From Podarcis erhardii (lineage: Eukaryota): a stretch of 64,000 nucleotides of DNA. The stretch is from the NCBI GenBank assembly GCA_964252035.1, contig OZ176209.1; one strand, written 5' to 3'. A program made the translations under genes and the position numbers. Position 1 is the first letter of the stretch; each line of letters opens with the position of its first letter. Shown here piece after piece: positions 63,601 to 64,000 of this stretch. The notes beneath the pieces are model-generated. The model was not told where the DNA came from and did no database searches. It saw only the letters and a list, made by a program, of their open reading frames with translations.

Positions 63601-64000
63601 CTACTGGCAAAAACAGGACCTTACCTGTTAAAAAGCAGTTCACATACCCTCCAACATGTTGAATACCCAAACTGGGACGTGCATCTTCCCATCTGTGTTC
63701 CCACGTGAGTCATGTGACCTGTGCGAGATCACAGAGCCCAAACGATGCACTTTTCGGAGCTATGTTTTCATGGCACCCCAGATGCTGGGATGCTGTGGAA
63801 GGTCACAACCCCGAAAAACTTGGTGCGAAATCGTGCAAGTTCACGGTTACCAGAAGGCCCATCGTGCTCTCACAGGAAAAAATGGGATGTCCCAGGGGTA
63901 TGAGTTCAGCTTGGGATTTGTAGGTGGGGGGGTGTAACTACTTGTTTTCTATCTATCTTTCAAATAAATGGTTTTACTGAAGCTCTTTCTAGATTCAACT

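Overview
Vertebrate genomic DNA, most likely a squamate (probably lacertid) lizard, judged from Sauria SINE, Squam3-like SINE, CR1, L2 and L1 content. The window is dominated by the 3' two-thirds of CACNA2D1 (voltage-gated Ca2+ channel alpha2/delta-1) on the minus strand. I traced 26 exons by hand (mammalian exons 13-38, including the muscle-type exon 18a). All have GT-AG ends and chain in phase into one uninterrupted ORF from 60033 to 11605. I did not find exon 12, the 21-nt exon 23 (region C) or a canonical last exon (EDxxDCGG...). Most notable observations: (1) a candidate alternative terminal exon encoding a different hydrophobic C-terminus (9975-10148); (2) a clear U12-type minor intron (11688-13315); (3) a mosaic tandem triplication in the intron where region C should be, with a 285-bp identical tract and several stop-introducing microexon/cassette-like elements; (4) a 126-bp near-perfect palindrome centred on (TA)n; (5) a (CCTT)n microsatellite acting as a polypyrimidine tract; (6) inverted MITE and SINE pairs. 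Family assignments rely on recalled reference sequences. No database search was run.
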